Source: Guillardia theta CCMP2712
Taxonomy: Eukaryota > Protista > Cryptophyta
DNA: 64,000 bases
Reading direction: 5' to 3'
Assembly: GCF_000315625.1 (NCBI RefSeq)
Contig: NW_005434639.1
Location: 195,511 to 259,510 of the forward strand
In this document: positions 1-12,670 of the stretch, one piece after another
Layout: each line of letters begins with the position of its first letter
How positions within the stretch are numbered: position 1 is the stretch's first letter
The notes under the pieces: generated by a model
Told to the model about the DNA's origin: nothing
The model's input: the letters and a program-made list of their open reading frames with translations, nothing else
Database searches by the model: none
Position numbers and translations under genes: made by a program

Positions 1-1276
1 AAGGCATGACCTGTGCTTCCGTGAGCTGAAGGAGGAAGAAAGGAGATGAGGAGGGGAGGAGAAGGAGAAGGAGAAGGAGAAGGAGAAGGAGAAGGAGAAG
101 GAGGAGGAGGAGGAGGAGGAGAAGGAGGAGGAGGAGGAGGAGGAGGAGGACTACTGTCACTCACAAAGCTCATCTTCCCTCCGTTCTGCGAATTGATCAC
201 AGGGGTTGTCATCGCCATTTTCTTCGACTCCTACACCAACGTGACGGCAGGAAAGGAGCAACAAAAACTTTGCGAAGCATTGAGAACCTCAACAAACGCT
301 ACATGTGAAAGAGGAGGAGGAGGTGGTGGAAAGAAGATGATGATGGAGATGATGATGATGATGATGATGATATTTTGTTCACACGTGAGACAGTGTCGTT
401 GTTGATGGTGTAGCAAACACAGGAGGAAACTTCAAATGCCATTACGACAAAGGAGGCAGGAGCGAGGGAGGGCAGTGACAGGAGGAGCGAATCAAAACTG
501 AGCATGCTGCCAACCTGGTTCCCCCCGAAGATGTAGTTGGCAAGAGCGTTGAACCCTCTGAACCCTTCAGCTGGGCTCATGTTGGTGGAGCAGACGGTGA
601 ACTCTTCGTACTGCCTGACCTCCCACGAGCTTCTGCTCGCGAGCACGTCGTAGGCAGGAGTCTCAAGGCCCTCAGGGGTGCGGGAAAGCATCTCCTGCGA
701 AAAAGTTTGAGAATGAAGGAGGGGCGGGACAGGTTGGAGGAGAGGGGAGGGGAAAGATGGATGGAGTGAGTGAGTGGTGAGTGAGCGAGGAGGAGCCAGG
801 AGGGGAGGAGAGAGTGAGCAAGGGGTGGGAGAGTGGATCATAGAAGTGGCTTAGATTGGATGTTGACAGCTGAAAAGATCATGACAGTGGACACAGAGGG
901 AGAAGGAAGGGGAGGGAAAGAATTCAGTGCTGGGGGAGGAGAGAAGGAAGAAAGGAAGAGAGGAGGGGAGGAGAGAAGAAGAGAGGAGGGGAGGGGAGGA
1001 AGAGATGAGGGGAGGGGAGGGGAGGAAGAGAAGAGGGGAGGGGAGGGGAGGAAGAGATGATACAAGTCTTAGAGGAGGGAGCGAGGGTCTTCCCACAGAC
1101 CTCCATGGTGGCTTCCTTGCCGGATCGCTCGATCGCCTCCAGCTCAAGGAACCATGCTCCCTTGTCCATCAGTTGCCTCAGGATCACCGCGAGCGACCTC
1201 TCCCTCGTCGACTGCGACTCCTCGTTCATCTTCGTTATCATCCTGTGACATCACCAGCATCATCACTTATTCCCTC

Positions 1277-1307
<31 letters not shown>

Positions 1308-1854
1308 TTTTCTCCCATTCGTCTCCCACCTCCCCCTCTCCTTCCCCGCACCCCACACATTCCCTTCCTCTCCTTCTCGAAATTTCTGCATCCCTTCTTC
1401 CATTCCTCCCCACTCCTCAAGGACTTGAGGTCTACCTATTCAAGCACCCGAGCTTCGTGCGGTAGGAAGGAAGGGGTATCGGCCATCGTGTCATAGCGAA
1501 CTTGACGTCTTGCACTCCATCGATCTCCACCAGCAGCTCCTTGAGGAACGTCATGTACTGATCCTCGCTCGACTCCCTCATCCTCCTCAACGCCTCGATC
1601 AAGCTCTTCTTCGTCGGCGCGGGAGTACGAGAGGAGGTCATCTGCCTCAGAAACTCCTCCTTCCCGTAGCTCGCCAAGTCCACCTTCACTTGCTCCTCCA
1701 CCTTCCCCGACATGCGCAACTTCGGCTGGCAAGTCGTTGCCCTCGTGCCCTGCATGCCCCTCACGTGCGGCAAGGCAGAGAGAGGGAGGAAGGCGTCTAC
1801 AGGAGATGCCAGGCACATGAGCGCTAGGCTTGCCAGGAGCGCTTGATGCTGCAT
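1..1854 (-). CDS. SOUL heme-binding protein, plastid-targeted (spliced; 3' end runs off the window)
   Basis: Exons at about 1854-1437, 1243-1101, 694-515, 231-165 and <=10 give MQHQALLASLALMCLASPVDA-FLP (bipartite signal, AF motif) ... LETPAYDVLASRSSWEVRQY ... GFNALANYIFGGNQ|ESKKMAMTTPV ... MSF|VMP, the SOUL family motifs. Confidence 0.9.
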
Positions 1855-2491
1855 AGCTGTTCAACAATGTCAGATGAAGAAGAGAAAAACGTTTGATAAA
1901 ATACAAGACAGAATCGAAATCTACGAGGACTCTACCATAATATTGCCTTGTTTGCCAGCCTACACCAACTGTGCTTCTCTTCCTTCTCCTCCTTCCTTCC
2001 TCTTCTGCCCTGCTCTGTGCACCCTCGTCTCTCTCGGACATCCTCTCCTCTCTCCTCTCTCCTCTCTCCTCTCTCCTCTCTCCTCTCTCCTCTCTCCTCC
2101 TCCTCCTCCTCCTCCTCCTCCTCCTCTCCTCTCCTCTCCACGCTTCCCTCCTTCCCTCCTCCCTCCCATGTTCGCTTTGTGTCTGCTCGACAACTTTACG
2201 GGACGAGCCCCAGCACTCTGAGGGGGGCTTGCAAGCGAACTCCAGGGGGCCGCGAGGGATCGAGGGAGGAGGAGGAGGCAGGGGAGGAGCGGGGAGGCGG
2301 CGGGGCCCGACAGCAAGAGCAAGACGAAGGGAGGGGGCAGGGAGGAGGCGAGAGGGAGGGGAAGGGAGCTTGCAAGAGCCCTCTTGCTTCTCTTCAGCCC
2401 ATCCCTCCAGGCTCCTTGGCTTGCCCTCCTGCTCTTCGGGTTGCTCGCTCCCGGGGTGAATGGGCTGCAAGAAGGGCTGAGGAGCTTCCAG

Positions 2492-4390
2492 ATGCCCCCC
2501 TCCTCGAGGGCTGAAGGGAGAGCTCATGGGGGACTGCCGACAGAGCAGGAGGCGATGGAGAGGGTGGACCTGAGGATCAAGGTAGGCCGAGATGCTCAGT
2601 TCCCTAGCGCCCCGTCGCAACTGCCGAGGAGGAGCTGACATGGGTGCAGGTGGAGGACCTCGAGTTGATGCCAGTCCTGTGCGCGTCAGTGAAGCCAAAG
2701 AATGCGAGCAAGATGATAGAGATCCTGTCCAAGAACCTTCCGATCCCGTGCTTCCTTGTTGGACTGCTACCGTGTCGTCCTTACCGGACCTGCAGAGAAC
2801 TGCGATATCTGAAGAGGATGCGGAAGAGGAATGACGCAGCGGCAAAGAGCGGAGGCAAGGCTGAGCCAGAGCTTGTTGCTATCATCGCCCCCCCCGATAT
2901 CTTCTCCAGGCAAGTGCTCTCTCATTCCATGGCGACGTGAGCGGGTGACGAAAGATGGAATTGAGCTTGCCTTCAGGCTGGAGACGGAGACTCAAGACCT
3001 GATCAAGCAGTATTGCGACTCGATGTTCGAGGAGGAGGTTCTTCATCCTTCATCCTTAGCACCAGAGGCTGACGGGCACCAGGTCCCATCCTTCGCTCCC
3101 AACACGCGAGAACAGTTCGATTCCTGGTCCAAAATGTGATCCTTGCCCCTACTTCTTCCCCTAGCTGACCTCATGTCAAGCTGGCCGCTGAACTACCGAC
3201 CGCCAGCAGGTGTCATGCTTGCTGCTGCTGTGTGCTCTCGTGCTCGAGGCTGACTCCGGTGATCAGGAGGAATGAAGGTCTTGCTAGGGTTCTCACAGGA
3301 GGAGATCGAGGTGTAGGAGCTGCCAGGCTGAGAATGGCGCTGGAGCTGACGAGCATGGCAGAGAATGAAGGCTTATATGAGGCGCGCGACCGCTCTAGCT
3401 GTGGAGGCGGTGAAGGCTGGAGACGGAGCGGCGGCGGCTGTCATAGTCGACCCGGTAGCGCTCCCGGTCGACGTGCGGAGATTTGACTGCGTTGCTGACC
3501 TGGCAGACGAGCGGAGAGGTTCAAGGGGAGGGGGTTGATGTCGCCATGTCCGGGCCGTTATGCTCACCGGAGATCCCGAGTGGAGCACAGAGGAATGATG
3601 ATGCCCGGAAGAAGCGTCATCCTCTGCATCATGCGGCGATGTGCGCGATCCAGAAGGTCTGCTGCCTGTGGGAGAGGTACAGGAGGGAGCTGAACGGGCT
3701 GCAGGTGGCGGCGATGCAGCGGGAGAGTCAGCTCGTGAATGTGACAAGCAAGAGGAAGATGCTTCTCCAGCAGGTGGACTCCTCGGACGGCAGCAGGGAC
3801 GAGACCGTCGAGACTGCGGTGAAGCACGCTCCTCTACTTGAGATGCCTCCCTCACGCCATGCACAGCAGAAAGACTTGGTCAACGAGGGCCCGTACCTCT
3901 GCACTGGCTTCGACATCTACCTGACCTACGAGCCTTGCCCGATGTATCGTAGTGTTCGACCGGCTTTTGGATCCTTGACCTGCCCCGGCCAGGTGTGCCA
4001 TGGCGCTGGTGCACAGCCGACTGCGGCGGGTGATCTTTGCTGTGGAAAACCAGCGGCATGCATGCATACCCTCCTACTCGTCTTTCTTCTGAGTGTTGCG
4101 CTGCTCCTGTTCTTCAGGTGCGGAGCTCTATCCAGCCGTTGGAGCCTTCACACGCAGGTTGAACCCCTGCTTCCATGAGCTCTCTCCCCTTCTCTCCTCC
4201 TCCTCCTCCTCCTCTCCCGTGGCTCCCTTGAGCTGACGATCTTCGATGACAGAAGTCTCTCAACCATCACTACGAGGTCCCTGCCCTCCTGCTCCAGCGC
4301 GCGGGCTCACGCTGGATGTTGTAGGTGTACAAGGGGCTGCTGGCCGAGGAGGTCAAGGAGAGCATAACCTCCGCATTCTCAACAACATGA
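2492..4390 (+). CDS. ADAT3: tRNA adenosine-34 deaminase non-catalytic subunit (Tad3/ADAT3), multi-exon
   Basis: Spliced translation contains YLKRMRK, P..REQFDSW..WP, AAAVIVDP, HPLHHAAMCAI (HAx lacking the catalytic Glu), YLCTGFDIYLTYEPCPM|CAMALVHSRLRRVIF and GALSSRWSLHTQ|KSLNHHYE|VY. The start Met is approximate. Confidence 0.92.
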
Positions 4391-6011
4391 AGGAGGCGAT
4401 GGCTCAGGTAGCGCAATCTCAAGGCAAGAGGACGACAGGCTGCAGCTGCTCGATCCGCTCCGCTTCAGCAGTCACCTCGGTGGCATCCTGACTCGCGTGA
4501 CTCGTGTGAGCCTCGGACTCCGGCACGCCGCTGCGGACGCCGGGTGGCTGCAGAGCAGAAAGGCGCCTCTCAGCGGGGCCGGCGGCGCGAGGCGGCGCGA
4601 GCCTCCGTCGTACCGCGGCAGCCAGTCACGGTCACTAGTACTGTCAGAGCGCCGCGGTGCGGCACTGAGCCCACAGGGCGGCCACCAGCTATGATGATCC
4701 GATGCCATGTCATGCCATGATGATCGATCAGTGGAATCATCAAGTTGTCAGTGGCGGCCGTCCGATCGCTCTAGCCTACTGAAACATGAAGTACGGTCAG
4801 ACTTCGCTCAAAACAAGGCCGCGCTAGCGGCACCGTGAATACCAGGTAGAACCGTTTTACTCTTTTACCCTGCTTTTACCAGTTTTATATCACTACGGGA
4901 ATTGCTTTTATTACGGGTATAAAGGACTATCTATAAATACTTTTATGTGAATATTTTGGTACCATTCAATACTTTGTATCAGCTACAAATTCTTTTAGAG
5001 ACATAAAACTGTTTTAGCAGCCCCCATCTGTTATCCCTACCCCAATTCTTCCCTGTTGAAATGTCGTTTTTTATAGGTAGGGTGGGAGGGGGGCCGTAGC
5101 TCAACAACCCTACCCTTGTTTCGATGAACTATTTCATAGGAGAGAAGACGGGTAGTAAGATGACAATTTTCCACCCCTCCATTGTAACCTTCGATCAGAA
5201 TAGATAAAACACCTCAAAAGACCGGGTACATCTACCAAGACTTTCGGGGAAATTATCCGGTGCTATGTAAAATTTACATACCCCTACCTCCATCTTGACT
5301 ATTGTCATACCAACCCGATGTGTACCCTACCCCACAAAATCTGTATAGATCCGCGGCCATGCAAGGTGCGACAGGAACCAGGAGTTGGTCAAGACACGAT
5401 GGGGGAGGAAGAGAATGAGGGAAAAGATGATAAGTACCAGTTGTAATAGTTGTTGGGAGAATGATGCGGTGGTGGTGGAGGTGGTAGTAGCACTGAAATG
5501 ATTGTTTGATGATTCTATGCTCGCAAGATTTGGAGCAGTAACAACTCTCTGAAGACCAGAGAGGGAAGTGCAGGACAGGAGGATTCGATAAGGAATGCGA
5601 AGGAAAGTGGTCTAGAAGGAACAGGAGATAACAGATGAGGATGTAGCTAGGGGATTTGGAATCTCACTGCTGAAGGGATCATACCTGAAGTAAGGAAAAC
5701 GCTGGAAAGAACGGGGCAGCCCATGATGGATTGATGTTCATTGAAGAGAAACAATGATGTATCCATCTTTGGCTAACATTTGGAGAACGAATTATTTTGT
5801 TGACGAGGATATATTTGTTTTGTGCCTGCTGCATGGTAAACCAATTTGTGAGAGATGTGTACAAAATGGAGTAAAACGATACTCGCAGTGAAAGGCAGGG
5901 TGGAAGTGGGAGAAGGAAACGCAGCTCGTCTAGTGAGCAGGAGTAGGCGAATGATGGCATACATGGGCATCATCGAGTAGACGAAGACTTGCTGATCGCT
6001 GTTGCTCTACC

Positions 6012-7755
6012 ATGTGCATGCGACCTCAAAGTCTGATCGACACTCACATGGTTTTCCAGACAAGCGTTTTCGAGCTGCCTTGCAGCTCCTGGTCTTTGTA
6101 TGCTTCCTGGGTCGTCTTGAAGGATTTAGCACTGTTCCTTGCGCTTTTAAGGATGCAAGGAACAAGTTTCAATCGCAGGCAAGACGAACGAAGGGACCGG
6201 CTGTTTGCATGAAGGATGATCATGCCAACAAAATGGTACTTGTGCAGATTTCCCGTGCTGCCGGTTCGGTGAATCATCGTGCACTAGGTCAATCGGGCTC
6301 TTTCTTTCTTTCTCTCGACCTCGCTTCTCTTCTCTCCCATCAGTATCTTGACCGCATCGGCGGATGTTGCACCCAACCCTTATGCCCCTAAGGGAACCCT
6401 GGAAGCCGAGGTGTATAAAACTGACGGAGTATAGCTATGCTGTGCCCTCACTCTCATCTCAGCCGGGGAAAGTCAGAGTCGACGAGGCAGCTCCTAAGAA
6501 GAGCAGCGCCTTGGAGAACTTTGACGTGAAGGACTTGAAGGTCAGCTTGGAAACAAATTGAGTTCTACCCCTTGAAGACTTCGCTCACATTTTCAAACTC
6601 AGATTCCAGAGTTCAAAGCTCCTGACCTCAAGATTCCTTCCAAGGTGTCAGACCTGCAAATCCCTGATAGCTTCAAGTCCTTCAAGGCCCCGGATCTGAA
6701 GATGCCCGACAGCATCAAGAACTTCAAGGTAAATGATTTTGTTTGCACATGCGCCTGGAGGCCATGACCTCGTGGAGCAGATGCCTGACGTCAAAGACAT
6801 CTCTGAAAGCATTCAGGAGAAGAAAGATCAAGTTCTGCGTGCTCCAGCTCAGAATGATGCTCCTGTTGAAAGGAAAGCGACAGGGGATGAGAAGCCAGTA
6901 GCCAAGAAGTCTCCTCCAAGCAAGCCCGCAGACACGGCCGAACCTGCTCCTGTTGCGAAGCCCAAGCCAGCACCTAAGCCAGTCGTGCCTGCCGAGCAGC
7001 CAGCTGCCCCCCAGCTAAAGGCAACGTCAAGCACCGATGCTTCAATTGAGGAAAAGAGAGCAGCAGCTGACAAGGCTGCCAAAGAGCGAGCAGCGAAGCG
7101 AGCAGCCGAAGAGAAGGTTGCTGAGCAAGGGGAGAGGATGAATTGGAGCTGAATGCAACTCTATGATAGGTGAAGGCGGAGAAGATGGCGGCAGAGCAAA
7201 AGCTGAAGAGCGAGCAGAAGGACAAGCAGGCTCAGCTTGATGCCACGGCCAAAGAAAAATTCCAAGCTCTTAATGTGATGAGAGGTGATAGGAAAGGCGT
7301 GGTGAGTTCTCATCGCATTTCATCAGAAAGCAAAGGCCCAGCTGAAGCAAGTGGAGAAGGAGCTCGCTGCTCAGAAGGCCAAGGTTGATTTTAATTCTCT
7401 TGCTGCCATGGAGTCACTGGGTTGGCAGACCGCGGAGCTTCAGAAGATCGCCAAGCAAGCCAAGGTAGGACAATCCTCTTGCTCCTCTCCTTCTTCCAAC
7501 ACGCATTCTCAGGATGAAGCTTGCGAACTTCGACCCGGCGGAAAGATTTTGTGCATTCGTGGCTTCGATGCCGGTGAATTTACTTTGCTTACAATCTTGC
7601 TACCTCGATGATGATGGCAATGATGACGATGATCAATATCATGATGATTGATTGATTGATTTGGTTCCTGTCTCACTGTGGGAGTTCACCCAAACCAGAA
7701 CTCAGTTTCTCGTGTTTCGGATTCTGATTTTTTTTTTGTCCAATCAGGTTATTAG
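6012..7755 (+). CDS. Uncharacterised, probably plastid-targeted protein with K(I/M)PD/APD repeats, Pro/Ala/Lys-rich linker, coiled coil and C-terminal ACELRPGGKILCIRGFDAGY
   Basis: Hydrophobic ALQLLVFVCFLGRLEG-FS signal-like stretch followed by a basic transit-like region. A chain of GT-AG exons ends in an 8-nt coding exon at 7748-7755 (GT TAT TAG). The exact start is unresolved. Confidence 0.65.
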
Positions 7756-10584
7756 AGGAATACGATTACATCTACAGAATACAAGTAAAACATACACAAT
7801 TCTATTTTCAACGTCCTTCACAGCCTCTTTCCAGTAGAACCAACAAAAATTGTATCCCTGGCCAACAGCTTCACACACGGGTATCATCACACCGCGAAGC
7901 AAGAAAATCCAAAAGTGAGAGCAAATGTTGCTATACAAGCCGATTTTCGTCAAAACGTTCTTGAAACAGTTTCATCTTATCCATACTGCGCACTCTCCTG
8001 CTCTGCTTCTCCTTCTCTGTCATTCTGGCAAACGATGAGCCAACTCGGACAGATTGAGGTGGCGCCGTCGAGCAATAGCCGGAGGGAGAAACAATGAGCT
8101 CTCTGGCGCTTGATTCCTCATTCACGGAGGAGCATTTGAAGGAGAAGATGGAGCAATTGAAGCTGTCACGAATAGTCTCACGCTCTCTCATGGCCCGTGC
8201 AGATAGGATAGTCAACGCGCGACGTTTACAAACAAAGCAGGGATCTGCGAAATGAACTGAGTGTTATGCGACTATCAAAACGAAGATAAGTATAGGCGTG
8301 CGCACATATGTGTCAATTCTCTGCCTAGTAGAAAGTCAAGCCGCCGATCCTAGATCATACAATACTGTCTTTCTCCCACCAAGCCACCTTCCTTACCACC
8401 TCTGCCTTCCACACACTACTTCACTCTATGTCCTTATGCTTCGAACTTTGTTTCATTCCGTCTACCTGCCTGTCTGCCTGCCATTCTAGAGCTCCCTTCC
8501 TTTCCTGTCTGGCCCTTTCCTCTCGTCGCAAAACCCTCCATCTCATCCGCCCTTGGGGAAGCGACTGAAAGAGGTATAGAGGATCGATTTGTCCGGTCGA
8601 ATTGATCCCCACGGAGCCTCATGACCGTAATAATAATGGATATTAAAGGGTCTACATTATTTGACTTTCAGATATTCTGGTACAAATTAAAAAACATTTT
8701 TGGCCTTGCTGACCTCTTGAAGGTACCGGGAACCTTTTACTCATCTCTCCACCCATCTCGCCAGGACCAGTAACGGTAATGAGGGGTATTGTAACGGAGA
8801 TAAGCTCAGAGATACATTTGTGATATGGACTCTTTTCACGCTGTGGTGGGTGGAATATAGTCTCCGAAAAAGCTCCTTATCGCTGCAAGTATACAACCCT
8901 TTTGAAAGAGGGGACACCAGGTTAGATCTGCTGACCTTGATGATAGAGCACCCATTTCGATAGATATAACAGACATGATGTACATTTCAAATGTAGGAGC
9001 AAATATTTGAATACATGCAACAGTTTCGGTCCACTCGAAGTCTGACAACTGGACTTAGTGGTACCGTAGCCCAGGGTGGCTCAGGGTGGGGTACTGCAAT
9101 TGTCCGATGGAGGTCAAATGCTGATTTTGAGACCACTGGTCGTGACTGAAATGTCTTGAGTGGGTGGGTAGGTTTTACGAACCTCTCGAAACAACGGTGG
9201 TTTGACCGCTTAAAGGAGGGGTGGGTCAAGACAGACTTTCCTTCAGCGATCGTGCAAGTCAAAAGTGGGTAGGGTGGCCAGCATGAATTTTTTATTAGGG
9301 GGTGGGTATAGTTTAGGAGAGCACAAATTTGTTTTCATTACGGGGCAAATATTCCGTGCGAATCTGAAATTATTACAAAATAAGTGCATCACATTTCGAA
9401 GCTACTGATTGAATTCATAAACTAGTTCCGAAACTCAAGTTGACTTGGATCTGCTTTCGAAATAGTAGAAGTGAGTAGACGGATCGCAGGGGGTCGTATA
9501 CAACGACCCAGTGGTAAAACTACGACCACCCATGTGCGTCTCTACCCCTCTCCCCCTAAGCCCAACAACGCCTTGTGATTTACCCCTGGTCTTAAAAGGG
9601 GTACCCCTACCATCCCCAAAGGACATCAAAAGAGAATTTTTCACCTCACCAGGTGATTCAGCCTGGATTGAACCCCTTCGCTTTATAGTGGAGTACTACC
9701 CCACCCCCCATTAAACTTAAAAATTCCGGAGTTTGGGCTAGCCGCTGGGACACCACCCCCTCATCACAGATGGGTAGAGGACCCAACCCCCTTTTTCCTC
9801 AGATGACCCATACCTTCAAGGACTTCCCTGAGACATTTTTTTTAGAAAATCTTCGAGTACCCCTACCATGCTATCGTTTTGCCTGGTACATAGTACCAGT
9901 CGATGTATTGCAAGGTCCAGTACCCCTGCAGAGACCACCCACCCCAATGCAACATCCGTGGAGGGTGTTTGGGCGGATATGTCGGTCAAAGGGCTAAAAC
10001 TAATATAAAGTGCATTTAAAAACACAATACCAGCAAAAGAATACTCGTACAACTTGAGTACCGGGAAGTATATCTAAAATGTTCAATGAAATCGGCCAAA
10101 GTTATACCATAATTATATAGGTGTTTTTCTTGCCCTTTTATTTGTATCCGAGGACTTTAGTATTTATACAAATATTTACTCAAATGTGAATTACTTCAAT
10201 ACTATTTAATTCAGGTATTTCCCTTAATATATCGGTAAATGTTTTGTACCGTCGGAGAAAACAATAGTAACTTGCTAAGGATGCTACAAGAGATTTTAAA
10301 GGTTGCCGGGTAGAGAGAAGCGGTCAATCTATGGCCGTCGTAGCAGTAGGGATGGAGACAAGGAGGAGGGTGAGAGTGGAAGGAGGAGAGGGCCAGAGGT
10401 TGTGAGCTCAGGAGCAACAGGTGCCAGAGGATGTCAAGAGAAGGATCAAGAAGACCACAAGGGAAGTGAAAGCGCCTAGGTAACCCCCGTTCCTGACGTC
10501 CGGACGATCGAGGGTTGAAGGAGCTAGTTTTTGTGGAGCTCAGACCTTGGAAGGGAAGACCGTTCAACTGCGTTTAGTTGCAAG

Positions 10585-12399
10585 ATGAAGAAAGAGAAGA
10601 TTTTGCTCGAACCTCTCGTTCATCCCAAGGCTCCGACGTCAATGAAGCCAAGAGATTTCAGTCCCAGAAAGGTCATAGAAAAGGAGAAGGGCAAGGAGGA
10701 GGAGAAGATCTCGTTGGTTGAGGATGCGGACACGGACAGGCTGGAGCTGGATTCGCTCAGTCAAGCCAGCACACCCTCGAAGCACAAGGAGGAGGGAAGC
10801 GTTTGCAAGGCGAGAATAGCGGGGTGCGAAGAAGAGTTCGTTCTGGGATCTGGCAGTTTTGACGGGCATGGCAAGCTGGAAATTCTGAAGGGAAGGTTGT
10901 TCCTGAAGAAGTATAGGAAAGGAAGCAAGTTTCCGTCGCAGACAGACGGGAGGGATGTGCACATGTGCGTTCCAGCGAGGCTGCGGTACTTCCCTTTCTG
11001 CGCTGACTTCGGTCCCTTCAACCTCGGCACCACCATCACGATGCTGCGTTCGTTTGAGGACAAGCTCCGCAGCGGCACGCAGGAGAGGATCACCCTCTTT
11101 GTGGAAGACACCATCACCGACGTGACCAACGGCATGTACTTGATCGGATCGTTCCTGTGCGTGAGCATGGGGCTGTCCCCGTCAGAAGCCTGGATCCCCT
11201 TCGCTCAGGTCTCGCCGTGGGACCACTGCCCCTTCCGAGACGCCACATGGGCACCCAGCACGTTCAACATCACGCTGAGGGACTGCTGGGCAGGGCTACA
11301 GAGGGCGATGGAGCAGGGCCTCCTTGACCCGAGCTCGTTGGATGTGAACGAGTACTTCTACTATGAGAGCCCATGGAACGGGGACATGCATGAGGTTGTG
11401 AAGGGGAAGTTCATCGCGTTCCGAGGGCCCAAGGGTTCGAAGATGAACGACACGTCCTTCATCCCTTCAGACTTCGAGCTTGTCTTCCATGCAAAGAACG
11501 TGACGAGGGTCATCAGGCTCAACGAAAACGAGTACAGGAAGGAGGAGTTCGAGGAGATGGGAATCAAGCACACCGACTTGTTCTTCGTGGACTGCTCAAC
11601 TCCCTCCGACGCTATCGTCGACAAGTTCCTCAAGATAGCAGAGAAGGAGAAAGGTGTCATGGCCGTCCACTGCTTCGCTGGGCTTGGGAGGACGGGGACG
11701 TTGATTGCGACATATCTCATGAAGCACAGGTCCTTCACTGCTCGGGAGGCGATCGCTTGGCTCCGCATCTGCAGGCCGGGGAGTGTCATCGGTCCTCAGC
11801 AGCAGTTCCTCGAGCTGATGGAAGAGAAGCTAAAGAGGCTGGGAGAGGACAAAGTCCCTGGGCTGGGGCTATCGGATCATGCGACTTCCCCCCTCAGGCT
11901 GAGGATGAGGGGAGCACGGGAGAGGCTCACGGATGCAGTGCAGAGTGCTGAGCTAGCGGATATGGTGAGCAACGGGATGCGCAGGCGGGAGCTGGAGAGG
12001 GTTCATGACGGTGAGGAGGGGCATAGCCCTGCCAACAACAAGGTCGAGGAGGAGGAGGAGGGAGAGCTTAAGATCGTGTCCCACTCGCTCAGCTTCCGAT
12101 CCAACCCAACGCCAACTCCGGTGAAGGCAGGGAAAGCTTCTCTGCTGCCCAAGGTCCGGAGGAGTCAACTGCCGGAGCGCCCGAGCGCTGAAGCTCTGCA
12201 AGGGTTGCCGGCGCGATGGATGAAGAAAGTAGAACCAGAGTTTGAGGCATCTGTACTCAGCAAAGCCCTCTCTCCTTCCTGCAGGGCCCCGAAGGTCTTG
12301 CTCAAGGGCCACACAAGGGGTGAGCTTGCTACAGCTCCCCGGGATGCCATTGCGGGGACGAGGAGAAGAGAGGGAGGTGCCAGACGGCCGGGGAAGTGA
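10585..12399 (+). CDS. CDC14: Cdc14-family dual-specificity protein phosphatase (intronless)
   Basis: N-terminal DSPn-like domain (YFPFCADFGPFNLG, PFRDA, EYFYYE..NGDMH..KFIAFRGP) and catalytic domain (VIRLNE..Y, DLFFVDCSTP, HCFAGLGRTGTLI, AIAWLRICRPGSVIGPQQ). Confidence 0.95.
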   Translation: MKKEKILLEPLVHPKAPTSMKPRDFSPRKVIEKEKGKEEEKISLVEDADTDRLELDSLSQASTPSKHKEEGSVCKARIAGCEEEFVLGSGSFDGHGKLEILKGRLFLKKYRKGSKFPSQTDGRDVHMCVPARLRYFPFCADFGPFNLGTTITMLRSFEDKLRSGTQERITLFVEDTITDVTNGMYLIGSFLCVSMGLSPSEAWIPFAQVSPWDHCPFRDATWAPSTFNITLRDCWAGLQRAMEQGLLDPSSLDVNEYFYYESPWNGDMHEVVKGKFIAFRGPKGSKMNDTSFIPSDFELVFHAKNVTRVIRLNENEYRKEEFEEMGIKHTDLFFVDCSTPSDAIVDKFLKIAEKEKGVMAVHCFAGLGRTGTLIATYLMKHRSFTAREAIAWLRICRPGSVIGPQQQFLELMEEKLKRLGEDKVPGLGLSDHATSPLRLRMRGARERLTDAVQSAELADMVSNGMRRRELERVHDGEEGHSPANNKVEEEEEGELKIVSHSLSFRSNPTPTPVKAGKASLLPKVRRSQLPERPSAEALQGLPARWMKKVEPEFEASVLSKALSPSCRAPKVLLKGHTRGELATAPRDAIAGTRRREGGARRPGK

Positions 12400-12670
12400 G
12401 ATGAGTGTGGGAGAGGAGAGAAGGTGTTTGTCAATGTGTGAATGTTTGGATGCAAAATAAAAAGAAGGATACTTCACATAGAGTCTCGGTTGCACCCTGT
12501 GCCATTTTGAAAGCTCATGAGAAGGCGAAGGTAGCACAATCACACGCGAGGAAAGGAGGGAAAGGTAAGTTAATCAGCCTGTATGTACACGACAAAAATG
12601 AAGCATATCTCCCCCGGCCCCGCCAACAGCCACTTCCTCTCCCTGCTCCTTTTCCCTCTCGACCCTCTTC

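Noticed and set aside
1436-2845. 469-aa minus-strand ORF and similar long ORFs (28692-29927, 29461-30630, 45831-46757, 13028-13810)
   Set aside because: These are shadow ORFs across microsatellites or antisense to real genes, with no family motifs.
7900-8260. Short possible + strand ORF (MSSLALDSS...QGSAK, ~53 aa)
   Set aside because: Too short, no motif; could be UTR or noise.
9433-10060. 10-bp inverted repeat ACTCAAGTTG ... CAACTTGAGT flanking ~620 bp
   Set aside because: Too short to call a TIR element, with no TSD; noted only as similar to the 18097 TIR word.
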